Source: Paramoeba atlantica
Taxonomy: Eukaryota; Protista; Discosea
Length of the DNA stretch: 64,000 nt
Assembly: GCA_977017575.1 (NCBI GenBank)
Contig: CDRNVI010000002.1
Span: 1,045,833-1,109,832, forward strand
Reading direction: 5' to 3'
Positions 11,694-23,293 of the stretch are shown here, piece after piece. The notes below the pieces were generated by a model that saw only the letters and a list, made by a program, of their open reading frames with translations, made no database searches and was not told the origin of the DNA. The translations under genes were made by a program, and so were the position numbers. The stretch's first letter is position 1. Every line of letters begins with the position of its first letter.

Positions 11694-12491
11694 TTGTGGT
11701 GTGCTATGAACTTTGCAGACCCTTCTTCGTCACGATTAGGAAAGGCGCGGAAAATAGCTCTTCCCCCAGAACACATCTTGTCTGAGTTTGTAGCGAACGT
11801 TACGAATCCCCACGAGTCGTGGACCAGCCATACTCCGGCATGTTCCTGGTTCGGACTCACCTGTGATTCTAGCGGCCACGTCACCGAGATTAACTGGCGA
11901 AACCTAAATGTCGGCGGTCCCCTCCAGTGGGCCTTCCTTGTTTTCTCGTTGCAAAAGATTGAGCTGACAAAGTTTGCTGCTTTGAAAAATCGATTTTACG
12001 GACCGCTTTCTCTCTCCCAATTGCCTCCTACCCTGCGCTACCTCTCTGTCTATGGCAACGCATTTACAGGATCCATCGATTTAACAAACTTACCCAAGAC
12101 CATGGAATATTTGTCCGTTGGCGATAATGCTCTCTCTGGGAGCATCGATCTCTCGTGTCTTCCATCAACGCTACGCTCTTTGGACTTGTCCTATAATATA
12201 GATCTCGGCGGGGACATTAACCATAAAGAGCTGCCCGCCTCCCTTACAGAGCTAGAAACGGAAGGTACAAACATCGATGCAGAAAAAAAAGGGATAACAC
12301 CCTGGGATTCATTTGATAAAAAGGATTTGGAAAACAGAATGAAGATGCCGGGAATCGACGAAATGTTTGGGTTATTCGACGAAATAACTTTCAGCTTCCG
12401 TAGCCAATTTTGCAAAGGGAAGGTGTACTGCCGTTTGGACGGGTGCGAAATCAAATCAATATTCTGCATGAACATAGATATAAATGAATAG
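11694..12491 (+). CDS. Leucine-rich repeat protein with plant-type N-cap
   Basis: Cap SWTSHTPACSWFGLTCD followed by LP..L..L...N.F.G.I.L repeats. Confidence 0.85.
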   Translation: MWCAMNFADPSSSRLGKARKIALPPEHILSEFVANVTNPHESWTSHTPACSWFGLTCDSSGHVTEINWRNLNVGGPLQWAFLVFSLQKIELTKFAALKNRFYGPLSLSQLPPTLRYLSVYGNAFTGSIDLTNLPKTMEYLSVGDNALSGSIDLSCLPSTLRSLDLSYNIDLGGDINHKELPASLTELETEGTNIDAEKKGITPWDSFDKKDLENRMKMPGIDEMFGLFDEITFSFRSQFCKGKVYCRLDGCEIKSIFCMNIDINE

Positions 12492-12660
12492 TGCGGGTAG
12501 AGAGTTTTCATTCGATGCTTCTCAGCGGTTATTTATTATTTTTTGTATGGAATCAACTTCAGTGTGAAAAAGTTGTTGTCTATCACAATGTGTAGTCCTA
12601 GCGTGTGAAATGAAATGAACCTTCACGCTTTTTGTCGCATTTGAACAGACTTTACTTTTC

Positions 12661-13500
12661 ATGTCATTAAATTCCATTGTCTCCGTCCTTGTGATGCTGG
12701 CTCACACTGAAGTGTCTTCTTCATCGGCATGGAAAACTGCAAATCTTTGTTTATGCACAGACAAGAATGTCCGTGCGGCAAAAACAAAAGGTGCTTTCTA
12801 CTCCGACGAAATCTACATGCAACGCTTGATACAAAAAATATCTTTTGCAAGTCTTGATCAGGTTTTTTATTATGGCTACTCTGCTACTGTGGAAGATGCG
12901 CAGTCAAGGCCACCCATATGGAACACTCCATGTAAATGGAATGGGGTTCATTGTGACGACGAGTCCCGAGTCATAGAACTCACGTGGATATATTTTAAGA
13001 TGCGCGGGGAGATCGATCTTGCGCATTTACCGCCACTTGTGCGTCTAGTTAGCTTAGAGTTTAATCATCTCACTGGTTCTCACGACTTTTCTGGTCTTCC
13101 CGTTGCTCTTGATAAAATTAGAACAGAAGCAAACCGCTTTGCGTGTCCCGTAGATTTGACTTCCTTACCTTCATCTTTGACCATACTATGTGTGTCTCGA
13201 AACAAACATTTCGGCGAGGTGGACTTAACGACACTTCCACAGCGGATGACTTCACTGGGTTTACAAAGAAACGAGTTTTCGGGATCAGCTTCGCTGGCTT
13301 TTTTACCTTCCACTTTAGCAGGAATATTTCTGAACAATAACAATTTTTCTGGTGAACTTGATCTGCGTACATTGCCGGGATCATTACTTTTCTTATCCGC
13401 AGAAAATAATAAATTTACCCGTGTAAGCGGTTTGCAGAACCTGCCACAAAATCTGATTCTGGAGCTTAACGGAAACCTTTTTCAGGGTGAATCCTGGTAA
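12661..13500 (+). CDS. Leucine-rich repeat protein with a possible signal peptide
   Basis: Cap WNTPCKWNGVHCD, about 7 LRRs, hydrophobic N-terminus MSLNSIVSVLVMLA. Confidence 0.85.
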   Translation: MSLNSIVSVLVMLAHTEVSSSSAWKTANLCLCTDKNVRAAKTKGAFYSDEIYMQRLIQKISFASLDQVFYYGYSATVEDAQSRPPIWNTPCKWNGVHCDDESRVIELTWIYFKMRGEIDLAHLPPLVRLVSLEFNHLTGSHDFSGLPVALDKIRTEANRFACPVDLTSLPSSLTILCVSRNKHFGEVDLTTLPQRMTSLGLQRNEFSGSASLAFLPSTLAGIFLNNNNFSGELDLRTLPGSLLFLSAENNKFTRVSGLQNLPQNLILELNGNLFQGESW

Positions 13501-14005
13501 CGTGCTCTCAGTCTCTGTCCGCTCCTTACCAACATGATTCTTCTGATCATTTGTTCGTCAGAACTTTGGAACTACAAAATAAATGCACCTATCAACGGAT
13601 ACCATGCAAGTTGCTCATACATTGTATTTCATTCAGTTGCTCATACATGTATTTCAGTTGGCTCCGGATGACACTGACTGAGGAGAAAATATATGGTCGA
13701 TTTTTGGATCATCGGATCCCATTTTTATACTTTTTCCTTTGCTTTTACTAGCTCGATTAGGACCGCATGCATAGTTCCTGTCGCGTTTTGACTGACACGA
13801 ACTGACTAATCATGTCGCGTTCTGGCTGACATTGAGTAGCACGAACTGACACTAACTGACACTGATTAACACTGCCTGACTGTATAGTGTCCCATAGACA
13901 GGTGCATTCTTTCCGATAGTCGACTACTAGAGTCATCGCCGAGGACTCATTTTTTTTTCCTACGACTGGTCAAAACTAAGGTACACTTAATTACAGATGC
14001 AAATA

Positions 14006-14347
14006 TACTCCCCCTCTCATTAATAATTATAAACCACCAAAAATCATTAAAGGGATCATTTATAGAAATTTAATGAGACTATAATTCTGAGTCTCACTTT
14101 TATAATTATAAACCTCAAATTCTTCATTTTTTATCTACAAAGACACCTGTACTACATACTTTGCACTAAAAATTGCTTCCAAGTTGAACGAAGTGTCTCG
14201 AAAATCAAGAAATTGAAGTCCATAGTAGGAAAAAATCATTATCGAATCTCATTAATAATTATAAACTATAATTATAAACTATAATTATAATTATAAACTA
14301 AAAAGGTTTATAGATTATAATTATAATTATTAATGAGAGGGGGAGTA
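14006..14347. mobile_element. Stowaway-like Tc1/mariner MITE (342 bp)
   Basis: Perfect 27-bp inverted repeat including TA: tactccccctctcattaataattataa (14006-14032) and ttataattattaatgagagggggagta (14321-14347). Internal ataattataaact tandem motifs. Confidence 0.9.
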
Positions 14348-14561
14348 GAACGTTCCTGATCTAAAATTAAAAAGAGGGCGTCACCTACACGTGAGGGGCT
14401 GTGGGGCGCGGGTTCGGTGATGCACACCTGCAGCCCCTCATAATTAACGTCACCCGTCATAGTGTTCTTCACTACACACCTTCGGCTTGATTTTCTTTTC
14501 TTTTTGAAGGCAACTCCTTCTTTACACCCCTCCACCCCTTTCTCCCCCATCCCCTCCCCCC

Positions 14562-15824
14562 ATGCCCCCGTACAAACCCTCCGGCCGGTTCCGTTTCTGC
14601 ATCTCCAACACGCGCAAATCCCACCACCTCATGCCCCGCCGCCCCCACACCCGTGGCAGTGGGGTCGCCAACAAGTCCCCCGAGGAGTACCCCTCCAGTC
14701 TCACCTACGGGTGTACCAAAATGGGACTCGCCTGGTATTACAAGCAACGGCGCCGGGGGCCGTACGCGAAGTTCCCGTGGGTGGAGTGGAGCCTGGACCC
14801 CGTGGGCCACACCCGCCCACCCCGTGACCGTGCGTTCTCGGATCAGCTCCCCAGGGATAATGTCCCGGGGTGGAACATGTACCAAAGCGATGGGGAGGAC
14901 TTTCGTATGGACCCGAGCCAGACCCCGCTGGTGGGGTTAGTCCCGGTGATACAAAAGTATGCGGGGGCGACGTGGGGCTCGGAAAAGCTACGGGGGTATT
15001 TGGTCACGCTCCAGGAGTGGTTTCCGACGGTGCGGGAGGTGGTGAGGTTTTTTGCGTCGGATCCCAGGATGGCGATGGGGGCGACCCCGGGTGGGTTGTT
15101 TGGTGGGGGTGGGAGTCCCCGGATGACGCTCCCCGGGGAGGGGTGTCCGAGTCGGACAGCGTTGACCATTAGTGCGTTAAGTACGGGAACGATTGAGCCC
15201 TACCATCATGTTCGAGTGAGGAGTTTGGTGGAAATATTGGAACAATCTTCGAAATTCGTTGGTGCTGCGACAAACGAGACATCTCTGGATCCGGACAAAG
15301 AGAAGAATCTTTCCGCCACACAGAATAAGACTGTCTTTATCCCCGAAGGATTTTTGCTGCATTTCACACTTCTAGTAGAGGCCGTTGACGATCAGTTTTT
15401 TGCGAAGCGCTACCGCAGTGAGCTGCACAGCCAGCACGGTGTGTTGCGTACGCGGCAAGGGGAGCGGTACTACGCTTTGCCGCATCCCCGAACGGGACCG
15501 GCATGGCCGCAGGCAACGGCCCAAGCCGGTCATTATGAGCCTGCTTTCGGCGCGACACGAATGCTCCCGCAAGATCATTATGGTGGGTACCCCTCCTATC
15601 ACAGAAAGCTGTACAACCCTCCTCGGATAACCGCTCCTTTGGATAGTGAGGCGAATGGAAAAAATGAGGCGGATGTAAAGTTTCCGCAGAGTGGGACAAA
15701 ATCGGAAGGGAAGGATACTGGTGAAGAGGAAATCGACGTGTTGAAGGAAAAGATCTTTCCTGGATATTTTCATCCGTCCTATGTGTTCGATCGTCCGACG
15801 CGTACGAATATGATGCCTCCGTAG
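14562..15824 (+). CDS. Hypothetical protein (420 aa), possibly mitochondrial
   Basis: Long ORF with complex, aromatic-rich sequence and an Arg-rich N-terminus. Not identified. Confidence 0.65.
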   Translation: MPPYKPSGRFRFCISNTRKSHHLMPRRPHTRGSGVANKSPEEYPSSLTYGCTKMGLAWYYKQRRRGPYAKFPWVEWSLDPVGHTRPPRDRAFSDQLPRDNVPGWNMYQSDGEDFRMDPSQTPLVGLVPVIQKYAGATWGSEKLRGYLVTLQEWFPTVREVVRFFASDPRMAMGATPGGLFGGGGSPRMTLPGEGCPSRTALTISALSTGTIEPYHHVRVRSLVEILEQSSKFVGAATNETSLDPDKEKNLSATQNKTVFIPEGFLLHFTLLVEAVDDQFFAKRYRSELHSQHGVLRTRQGERYYALPHPRTGPAWPQATAQAGHYEPAFGATRMLPQDHYGGYPSYHRKLYNPPRITAPLDSEANGKNEADVKFPQSGTKSEGKDTGEEEIDVLKEKIFPGYFHPSYVFDRPTRTNMMPP

Positions 15825-16037
15825 GATGGGGAATAGTATTGTAGTAAAACTTTTTCCCCGGTGTAATTTTTCTGCCGCTATCAAACGCTGTAAATAGTTT
15901 GGATTAAAATGAACACGAAGTTGCGTTTGATTCATATTTTAATCTTTTCTGGAAGCATTTTTTGAGCTACTTGCGCATGCCTCGTGTTCTTATTACTTAC
16001 CAAAACTATTAAAACTTTCTTTAAAATACACGAGGAA

Positions 16038-18842
16038 ATGACTCTCTCCCGTTTTGCAAGACTCTCACGAAAGCGCTCGTCGCATGGAATATCTCAAACA
16101 AAAGTTCAAAAACGCTCCAAGTCTAAGAAGGGTGAAACCAATGCAGGAGAGTCTTCTTTCTTACTTCCCCCAAATGCAACCGGTACGATGCTGACTACGA
16201 AGGGTCCAATTGCCATCCCCCGTCCCCATGAGGTGTGGTATGGCGCCAAGCCAGGCGAATTACGGGGCACCTCGCCAGAAAAGTTGATCGATCCTCCGAT
16301 TAAGATGCAGGATTCTCTCTTCTGGCTCCGCGATGACAAGCGTACAGATCCGGTTGTGCTAGCACACCTTGCCGCGGAAAATTCCTATACCGAGACGAAG
16401 ACAGCTCATCTTCGTACGTTACGTGAAAAGATTTACAAAGAACACATTCAACATCTAAAAGAAACGGATCGAGAGGCCCTCTATGAAATCGGTTCTCAAG
16501 GTATGTACTTCTATTACAAGAGAACTGTAAAAGGCAAATCCTACCCTATTTATTGTCGTATTGCACAGAAGAAGACTCCGGTCTATGCATTAAGAAGTGA
16601 GACTGCCACGTTGAAATCGTCAAAACAAAATTTCGACGGTCCTCTTCCACACGAGGAAATTCTGCTTGATGTTAATTTTGTTGCACATCAGTCAAAAGAG
16701 GCACCTCACTGCACCGTGGCTACCCTGAAACCCGAACCCACAAAGCATCAATTACTGGCATACACCTTAGACCGCAAAGGGGATGAAGTATTCTCTATTC
16801 ACTTTCGGAGTACGGCAACATCGAAACTGAATTTGAAAGAAGTCATAGAAAATGTCAGTGGCGATGATTTGGAGTGGTCTCCCTGTGGCCGCTTTGTGTT
16901 TTATGTGACCAAAGATGAAGTGAAACGACCATGGAAGGTGTGGGTTCATCTTCTTGGGACTTCCACATCTCGGGATCAGTGCATATTCACTGAAAGAGAT
17001 GAGATTTACGACGTAGGAATTAGAAAATCAATTTGTGGGAATTTTCTTCTTTTGGGTTGTTTCAGCTCAGAAACAACCGAGGAGCAAATTCTTTCTTTTT
17101 CTGACCTAGAGACCGACCAGACTAAGCCGAATAAACTTCGTTCCTCCAAAATTGATGCGACTTTGAAACTTTCGTGTCAAATACGAAATAACTTGGTGTG
17201 TGTACAATCGCGTACCTTTGGTATCCGCTATGAAGTTTTCCCACACCCTGACGGCACCGTTCTAGTCTTATCCAATCACAACACACAAATCAATAATGTT
17301 TTGGCATGGACTACCATGAAAAAAATTCGCGAAAAGCCAATTAAATCGCTAAAGCCGGATTTTTTTAACGAAATGGAGATTATTGTTCCTCATCGTGACG
17401 ACAGGACTCTTACGGACGTCACCCTCTTCCGAAATTTTGCCATTGTTTCTGGACGAGAGCATGGTTTAACCGCTCTCTGGGTACTTTCTCTTGCTTCTTT
17501 CAAAAGCATACCATCGCAACGCAAGTCTCAAAAGAAACGTAAACACGCCATATCCACCCCCGTCGATCCACACCCTTTCTCCCTCCACCCGATTTCCATG
17601 TCCTCCACTGCGTACTCCCTCCACGTCTCCTGCCAAAACCAAAACTTTGAAACTGACACTGTACGTGTGGAGTACTCCACCCCCATCACCCCTCCCATCC
17701 TCTACGACATTAACTGTGCCACCCCCTCACAGCGAACGACTATACACACCACAGTCGTCCCTCACTACGACCCCTCCCACTACGTGTGTGAACGTCACAC
17801 CGTTCCCTCCATTGGAGGGGTTAACGTGGATCTTACATTAATTCGGAAAGTGGATTTTTCATCATCATCTCACTCCAATGAAGATAAACCTCAAGACACC
17901 AACAACAACAACAAACCTAAAAAGAACAGCAACCAAAACAAAAACAAGGGTCTTAAAAATAAGACAAAAGACCATCCAAATGAAAACAAAAGCCATAGCC
18001 CTTACGAAAACAATGACCATCAAAACAAGGCCAATAAAAACAATGACCACCCAAAAGCAGACTCTCCAAACCCCCATGACCCTCGAAACCCCCATGACCC
18101 CCCCCACACCCCCCCTCCCCCCCAGCCCACCCTCCTCTACGGGTACGGCTCCTACGGGGTCCCCTTCGACCCCGGCTTCTCCCTCGCCCCCCTCCCCTAC
18201 CTCTCCCGCGGGGTCCCCCACGCCACCGCCCACACCCGCGGGGGCGGGGAGAACGGCCGCGCGTGGCACCGCACCCACGGCGCGTACCTCACGAAGGCCA
18301 ACACCTTCCACGACTTCATCGCGTGCGCGGAGTACCTCGTGGTCCAGCGGCTCACCCCCCCCGGGGCGCTGGCCATCGAGGGCCGCAGCGCCGGGGGGCT
18401 GCTGCTGGGCACGGTGCTGAATTGGCGCCCCGAGCTGTTTAGGGTGGCGCTGGCGGGGGTGCCCTTTGTGGATGTCATGACCACCATGGGGGATGGGCGT
18501 ATCCCGCTCACGGTGGGGGAGTGGCAGGAGTGGGGGAACCCGAATGAGGGGGTGTTCCATGCCTACATGAGGGGGTACGCCCCGATGGAGAATATTCGGG
18601 AACAGGCCTACCCCCATGTGTTGGCGCTCGGGGGGTTGCACGATAGCCGGGTGGGGTATTGGGAGCCAACAAAGTGGGTGAGTCGGCTGCGGGAGGCGAA
18701 CACGGAGAGGGGGTCGGATATTTTGTTAAAAATGGATATGGATGTGGGGCATTTTAGTGCCTCGGATCGGTATAGGTATTGGGAGGAGTTGGCGTTTGAG
18801 CAGGCGTTTGTGTTGGATAAGTTGGGAAAAGGGAGTGGGTAG
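16038..18842 (+). CDS. OPB: Oligopeptidase B (S9A, protease II)
   Basis: DSLFWLRDD, LLYGYGSYG, catalytic GRSAGG, DSRVGYWEPTKW and MDVGHF motifs. Contains an Asn/Lys-rich insert. Confidence 0.93.
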   Translation: MTLSRFARLSRKRSSHGISQTKVQKRSKSKKGETNAGESSFLLPPNATGTMLTTKGPIAIPRPHEVWYGAKPGELRGTSPEKLIDPPIKMQDSLFWLRDDKRTDPVVLAHLAAENSYTETKTAHLRTLREKIYKEHIQHLKETDREALYEIGSQGMYFYYKRTVKGKSYPIYCRIAQKKTPVYALRSETATLKSSKQNFDGPLPHEEILLDVNFVAHQSKEAPHCTVATLKPEPTKHQLLAYTLDRKGDEVFSIHFRSTATSKLNLKEVIENVSGDDLEWSPCGRFVFYVTKDEVKRPWKVWVHLLGTSTSRDQCIFTERDEIYDVGIRKSICGNFLLLGCFSSETTEEQILSFSDLETDQTKPNKLRSSKIDATLKLSCQIRNNLVCVQSRTFGIRYEVFPHPDGTVLVLSNHNTQINNVLAWTTMKKIREKPIKSLKPDFFNEMEIIVPHRDDRTLTDVTLFRNFAIVSGREHGLTALWVLSLASFKSIPSQRKSQKKRKHAISTPVDPHPFSLHPISMSSTAYSLHVSCQNQNFETDTVRVEYSTPITPPILYDINCATPSQRTTIHTTVVPHYDPSHYVCERHTVPSIGGVNVDLTLIRKVDFSSSSHSNEDKPQDTNNNNKPKKNSNQNKNKGLKNKTKDHPNENKSHSPYENNDHQNKANKNNDHPKADSPNPHDPRNPHDPPHTPPPPQPTLLYGYGSYGVPFDPGFSLAPLPYLSRGVPHATAHTRGGGENGRAWHRTHGAYLTKANTFHDFIACAEYLVVQRLTPPGALAIEGRSAGGLLLGTVLNWRPELFRVALAGVPFVDVMTTMGDGRIPLTVGEWQEWGNPNEGVFHAYMRGYAPMENIREQAYPHVLALGGLHDSRVGYWEPTKWVSRLREANTERGSDILLKMDMDVGHFSASDRYRYWEELAFEQAFVLDKLGKGSG

Positions 18843-19036
18843 TGAGGGAAAAGGGAGTGAGGTATGTAGATTGGTTCTTATGCAGAGTGGTTGTGTATTT
18901 TTTATTTTTTTCGAATGTACAACTCGTGTAAGGAGTTGCCTCTTTCGTCAAAAGCACGCGAGACACTTCTTAAAACTTTGTACATGGTAACAAGCAAACG
19001 TTGTTCATGGAAGCACTACAATTTTTGTGAAGGAAA

Positions 19037-19786
19037 TTGCAAGCAAAAGCTCAATTGTATTCAAAAAAATCTAAATTTGGAGATCTTCATATCCTACCTA
19101 AAATGTTCAACCCAGTTTTTATTGCCTATAGTCACGACTCTCATCCCCGTGCTGCGAAAATACAGCGTTCTGTTTTGCCTCTAGAAATGCAGCTCGAAAG
19201 ATTTGTTTCCAATGTAACCAACCGAGACCCTAGTTGGGATTTACAATCTTCAGTGCGTCATTGGCAGGGCTTTTTCTTTCACTCTTCCGGGTGCTTAAGT
19301 CAGATTTGGTTCGCCCGTAAGTCGTTTGGGGGTAATTTATCCTGGACTTTTCTTCCTGAATCCGTACATGACATTACAGTAAAGGGGGGTGACTTTCAGG
19401 GAACTGTTCCATTTGAGAATCTACCTCGGGGGCTAACCTACCTGGATATCTCGAGTAATCGTTTTACAGGTCAAGTTAGCTGGGAGGTCCTCCCCACTGC
19501 GTTGCGAATACTGAATCTCTCAGAAAATTTATTTACGGGAAAAATTGATCTTACGTGCCTACCGCCGCAGATCGATATTTTGGATTTAAGCAAGAATCGT
19601 TTCTCGGGGGAGATCTCGCTTCATCGGCTTCCACCTTCTCTGAAAACTCTACTGTTGGCCGACAATGAACTAAATGGTTCCGTTGATCTTGAGCCGTTGG
19701 ACGCATCTGTAAAAAAGTTGGACCTTCGCTCCAATAAGTTTGTGAACATTAGGCCTAAGGTGATTCCAAGCTTTGTACAGGCATAA
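19037..19786 (+). CDS. Leucine-rich repeat protein with plant-type N-cap
   Basis: LERFVSNVTNRDPSWDLQSSVRHWQG cap and about 6 LRRs. Confidence 0.85.
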   Translation: MQAKAQLYSKKSKFGDLHILPKMFNPVFIAYSHDSHPRAAKIQRSVLPLEMQLERFVSNVTNRDPSWDLQSSVRHWQGFFFHSSGCLSQIWFARKSFGGNLSWTFLPESVHDITVKGGDFQGTVPFENLPRGLTYLDISSNRFTGQVSWEVLPTALRILNLSENLFTGKIDLTCLPPQIDILDLSKNRFSGEISLHRLPPSLKTLLLADNELNGSVDLEPLDASVKKLDLRSNKFVNIRPKVIPSFVQA

Positions 19787-20159
19787 TTTATGTACGTGGA
19801 ATGTTTCGTACCTTTGTGTTTATGGTACGAACTTCAAAAAAACGCATTTTTTGAGCAGTTTTCAAACAATAAATTTTAAGAGATCATGTTGTACTGCGTA
19901 CCTAGCGGGGGCACGATGAAAGAAAGAGAGAGAGAAAGAGTACATCCGAAAAGGAATACCATACTTCATAATCATGAAAGAAAAACTATTTTGCAGTCAT
20001 CTTAATCATGACACACATGTACTTCGATCTCTGTATTTCGCATTTTTATTAACATAAATTTGTCAAACTAATGCAAAGGTTACGCAGAAGATAAGAAATA
20101 CATGCATGTTTTCCCAGACACTGATTTTTTTCTGAAGTATAAGAATCACCATCACTATA

Positions 20160-20882
20160 ATGCGACTGTGTAGTCTTGCGGATGACATGAGCTCAAGGCG
20201 GGGAAAGGTAAGCGTCTCACTTCTTTCCTCAGAGATGTCTATGAAGCGACTTGTGGAAGACTTGGAACTGCACGATCCATCCGGTAGGAAGCGAAAGGAC
20301 AAGAAATTTCCTAAAAAGAAACCAGTTTGCAGCTGGGAAGGTGTATCTTGTAATCTCGAGCATGAAATCCTACGAATTGGTTGGGCCTATAGTGGACTTC
20401 GCGGTAACATTAGTTGGTCTTTTTTTCCGTCTACAGTGGCTGACATCAATTTACGAAGCAATGCACTCCGTGGTGAAATTATTTCTTCAGCTTTACCAGA
20501 AGGTCTCGTTGAGTTGAGTTTGGCCAACAACTTATTTTCTGGACCCCTTGATCTTGCAAAGCTCCCCAAAACTATACAACATCTTAATGTAGGCGGGAAT
20601 AAGTTGTCTCAAGCCTCTGGATTTTGCGAACTCCCTGAGCAGATACGGGAAATACATCTTGAAGATAATTCTTTGCGAGGCACTCTTGACCTTTCTACAT
20701 TGCCGGCTTCATTGAAATTCATGAATTTATCAGAAAACGCTTATGAGGGTATTCTTAATCTTACCGAAGTCATTCAAGCGGGTATTTTGCGTCTGGATAT
20801 TCGAGGGAATTTTTTCACAGAGCAATGCCCAAACGGTGATCAAGATCGTATCAAGTTTCATCCACAAAAAGAAAAGCCTTAA
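20160..20882 (+). CDS. Leucine-rich repeat protein with a basic N-terminal patch
   Basis: RKRKDKKFPKKK, then cap PVCSWEGVSCN, then LRRs. Confidence 0.85.
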   Translation: MRLCSLADDMSSRRGKVSVSLLSSEMSMKRLVEDLELHDPSGRKRKDKKFPKKKPVCSWEGVSCNLEHEILRIGWAYSGLRGNISWSFFPSTVADINLRSNALRGEIISSALPEGLVELSLANNLFSGPLDLAKLPKTIQHLNVGGNKLSQASGFCELPEQIREIHLEDNSLRGTLDLSTLPASLKFMNLSENAYEGILNLTEVIQAGILRLDIRGNFFTEQCPNGDQDRIKFHPQKEKP

Positions 20883-21330
20883 GAGTCGGAGTTTCGTGTT
20901 AGAAAAACTTGCGAGTTAACCTCGTTTTGAAAAGCTACTCTTAATTTTAAGTAATTTGTTTATTTTCAAAAGTACCAAATTTTTGGAAGAAGGAATACAA
21001 ATGAGACTTTCAAATATTTCAATTATTTTTAAAAGTCTACATTTTAGGTGCATCGAACAAACACCAGCATAAACGATGTTCGATACAACAAAATAAGTTA
21101 AGCTGTACAAAGTAAGTATGAATGACGTGCACTCCACGTAAAAAGTATCGTTCCTAATAAAGGCTGATGAAAAAAGTATTCGAGTCTGCAGATGGGGTAG
21201 GTTAGGGTAATTGTTTTCACGGTGCTGTTTTGCATCCTGGTACATGATATAATATTTATAATCGTCTGCAATATTGAGCACTTCCTTAAATTTTTTACAT
21301 GCAATGGCAAATTTGTGAGGTGTTGAATAT

Positions 21331-22914
21331 GTGAAAATACTCTGCACAATATTTCAAGGCGTACGTATGCTTAACTTTCCTCGATTCCGATTTCCCTTTT
21401 CTTTGCGACACCCGATACTTCTCTTTCATTCGCGTCGGGATGGTATTGAAGCTCGTTGCTGTTTTTTTCTTTACGCCCTGCGATTTTTCACGTTTTCCCT
21501 CCCAGTCAAGAGTAGAAATGAATTTCTTCCCACGCAATCTGCAGACTCTCTCCATCTCTCTCCTCTCGTCAACGACAGCTCCGCAACAAATTCATCTCCT
21601 ACGCACCTGACACCCGAAATCATTTCGCAGGAGAAACAAGAAATCGGAACTCATCACACCCACCCACCACCTTCCCCCTCCGTTCTTATTACCTCCTCAC
21701 CCCCTCCCACCAGTCCACTCATCACCCTACAACCCCACCACCGCGTAATGCAAATCCTAATGCACCCACCCCACGTCGAATTCTCCCCCACCATCCCTCC
21801 CTTCCGTAACCGCCCATCCTCTCCTCGACCTCAACGCTCCCCATCGCCTTCCTCTCCTCCTTCCCCCCACCACTACCTCACCACCCCCTTACTCCAATCC
21901 CTCTGTGACATCCTCCTCTGGATTGAACAATCCCTCGATTTCGACGGCGCTGTCTTAGGCACCACATCAACCGTCACTCCCATTCCATCCACATCAAGTT
22001 TCTACCCCAACAACAATAACAACCACAACAACAATAACCCTAACCCTCCCCATACCCCTCGAATCACACCTTGGACTTCCCCAACAGCAACACAGCCTTC
22101 GACACAACATCGAAACCCCTCATCCCCCTTGCAGGATACTACCCGTAAGGATCGACCAACAGAGGCTCAAAAGGGCTTAAGGACTTCTTCTATTTCTTCT
22201 TCTTCTTCTTCTCCCTTATCCTCCCCCTCCCTCCCCTTCAGTCACGGCCTCGACCCCTCGTTTCTTCTCCATGCCACCAGTGCGGACTTCGAGACGTTCT
22301 GGCACCACCTGCAACAGACCTGGCTCGTGCTGCAGCATCTCCACAAACCGGTGGTCGCTGCCCTAAGCGGCACAGCCAGCGGTCTGGGCTGTGCTCTGGC
22401 GCTCGCCTGTGACGGGCGAGTGGCCAGTGAGGAGGGAGGGAGAGGGGAGGGGGGGGGAGAGAGGAACCGGGAGGGGGCGTCGTTGGGGAGGGACGGGGTA
22501 CGGATGGGGTTGGATGAGGTGCGGTATGGTTTCGTGCCCCCTCCGTGGGTGAGTGCACATCTGGGGTATGTGGTGGGGGCACGACACGCGGAGAGGATGA
22601 TACAGAGTGGGGTGTTGGTGGGTGTAACGGAGGCAAGGAGGCTGGGGATGGTGGATGAGGTTACGGGTCGTAGTGATCCGAATCCGTTCGCGGTGTTGTG
22701 CGTGAATCGTATGCTCGCGCTCCCGAGTTATGGTCGTGCTGCGGTGAAGGCAATGATGCGTCGTGAGCTGTGTAGATCGCTCAGGACGGTGACGGATCGT
22801 GTGCGTGACTTGGAGTATTTTAGTGCACTGCGAGAGTCGAGGACGTTTCGAAACAATTTGGAGCATTATTTAAAAAGGAGGACCCGGAGTGGGTGCGAAA
22901 ATTCGGTTGTCTAG
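21331..22914 (+). CDS. Enoyl-CoA hydratase/isomerase family (3,2-trans-enoyl-CoA isomerase-like)
   Basis: KPVVAALSGTASGLGCALALACD and MGLDEVRYGFVPP...AERMIQSG...EARRLGMVDEV. Long Pro/Ser/Thr inserts; start uncertain. Confidence 0.8.
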   Translation: MKILCTIFQGVRMLNFPRFRFPFSLRHPILLFHSRRDGIEARCCFFLYALRFFTFSLPVKSRNEFLPTQSADSLHLSPLVNDSSATNSSPTHLTPEIISQEKQEIGTHHTHPPPSPSVLITSSPPPTSPLITLQPHHRVMQILMHPPHVEFSPTIPPFRNRPSSPRPQRSPSPSSPPSPHHYLTTPLLQSLCDILLWIEQSLDFDGAVLGTTSTVTPIPSTSSFYPNNNNNHNNNNPNPPHTPRITPWTSPTATQPSTQHRNPSSPLQDTTRKDRPTEAQKGLRTSSISSSSSSPLSSPSLPFSHGLDPSFLLHATSADFETFWHHLQQTWLVLQHLHKPVVAALSGTASGLGCALALACDGRVASEEGGRGEGGGERNREGASLGRDGVRMGLDEVRYGFVPPPWVSAHLGYVVGARHAERMIQSGVLVGVTEARRLGMVDEVTGRSDPNPFAVLCVNRMLALPSYGRAAVKAMMRRELCRSLRTVTDRVRDLEYFSALRESRTFRNNLEHYLKRRTRSGCENSVV

Positions 22915-23293
22915 ATGAGTTGGTGGTCCCAATCTTTAACAACATTTTGAATGGTTTTTAAATGGGCATTACTCAACACCTCTTTTATTTGGAGCAACAA
23001 GTGCTCTTGGTGTTCTTGGTTTATCCTTTTTTAATCTTTTTCTTGCCTTGTTATGCGTAATATTCTTGCTTTGAGGGACCTTTTTTACAAAAATCAAGGG
23101 TCTTCTTTAGAATTTGTTTTATCGCTGATATTAAGAGATCGTTCTCGCTTAGCTTCAATCGCAAAAACTTTGTTTTTGATATTTACGAGGCATTTAAAAT
23201 ATATCGTTTTCACTAAAAAAAAGAGCTTTGCTTAACTTTATTTTTGCAAAAAGTGAACGTCAATTACTGCTATTCTTTTTAGTACACACGCTC

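Noticed and set aside
13770-13950. ctgaca/ctgact-rich segment as a structured RNA
   Set aside because: Degenerate short repeats with no convincing fold or family match.
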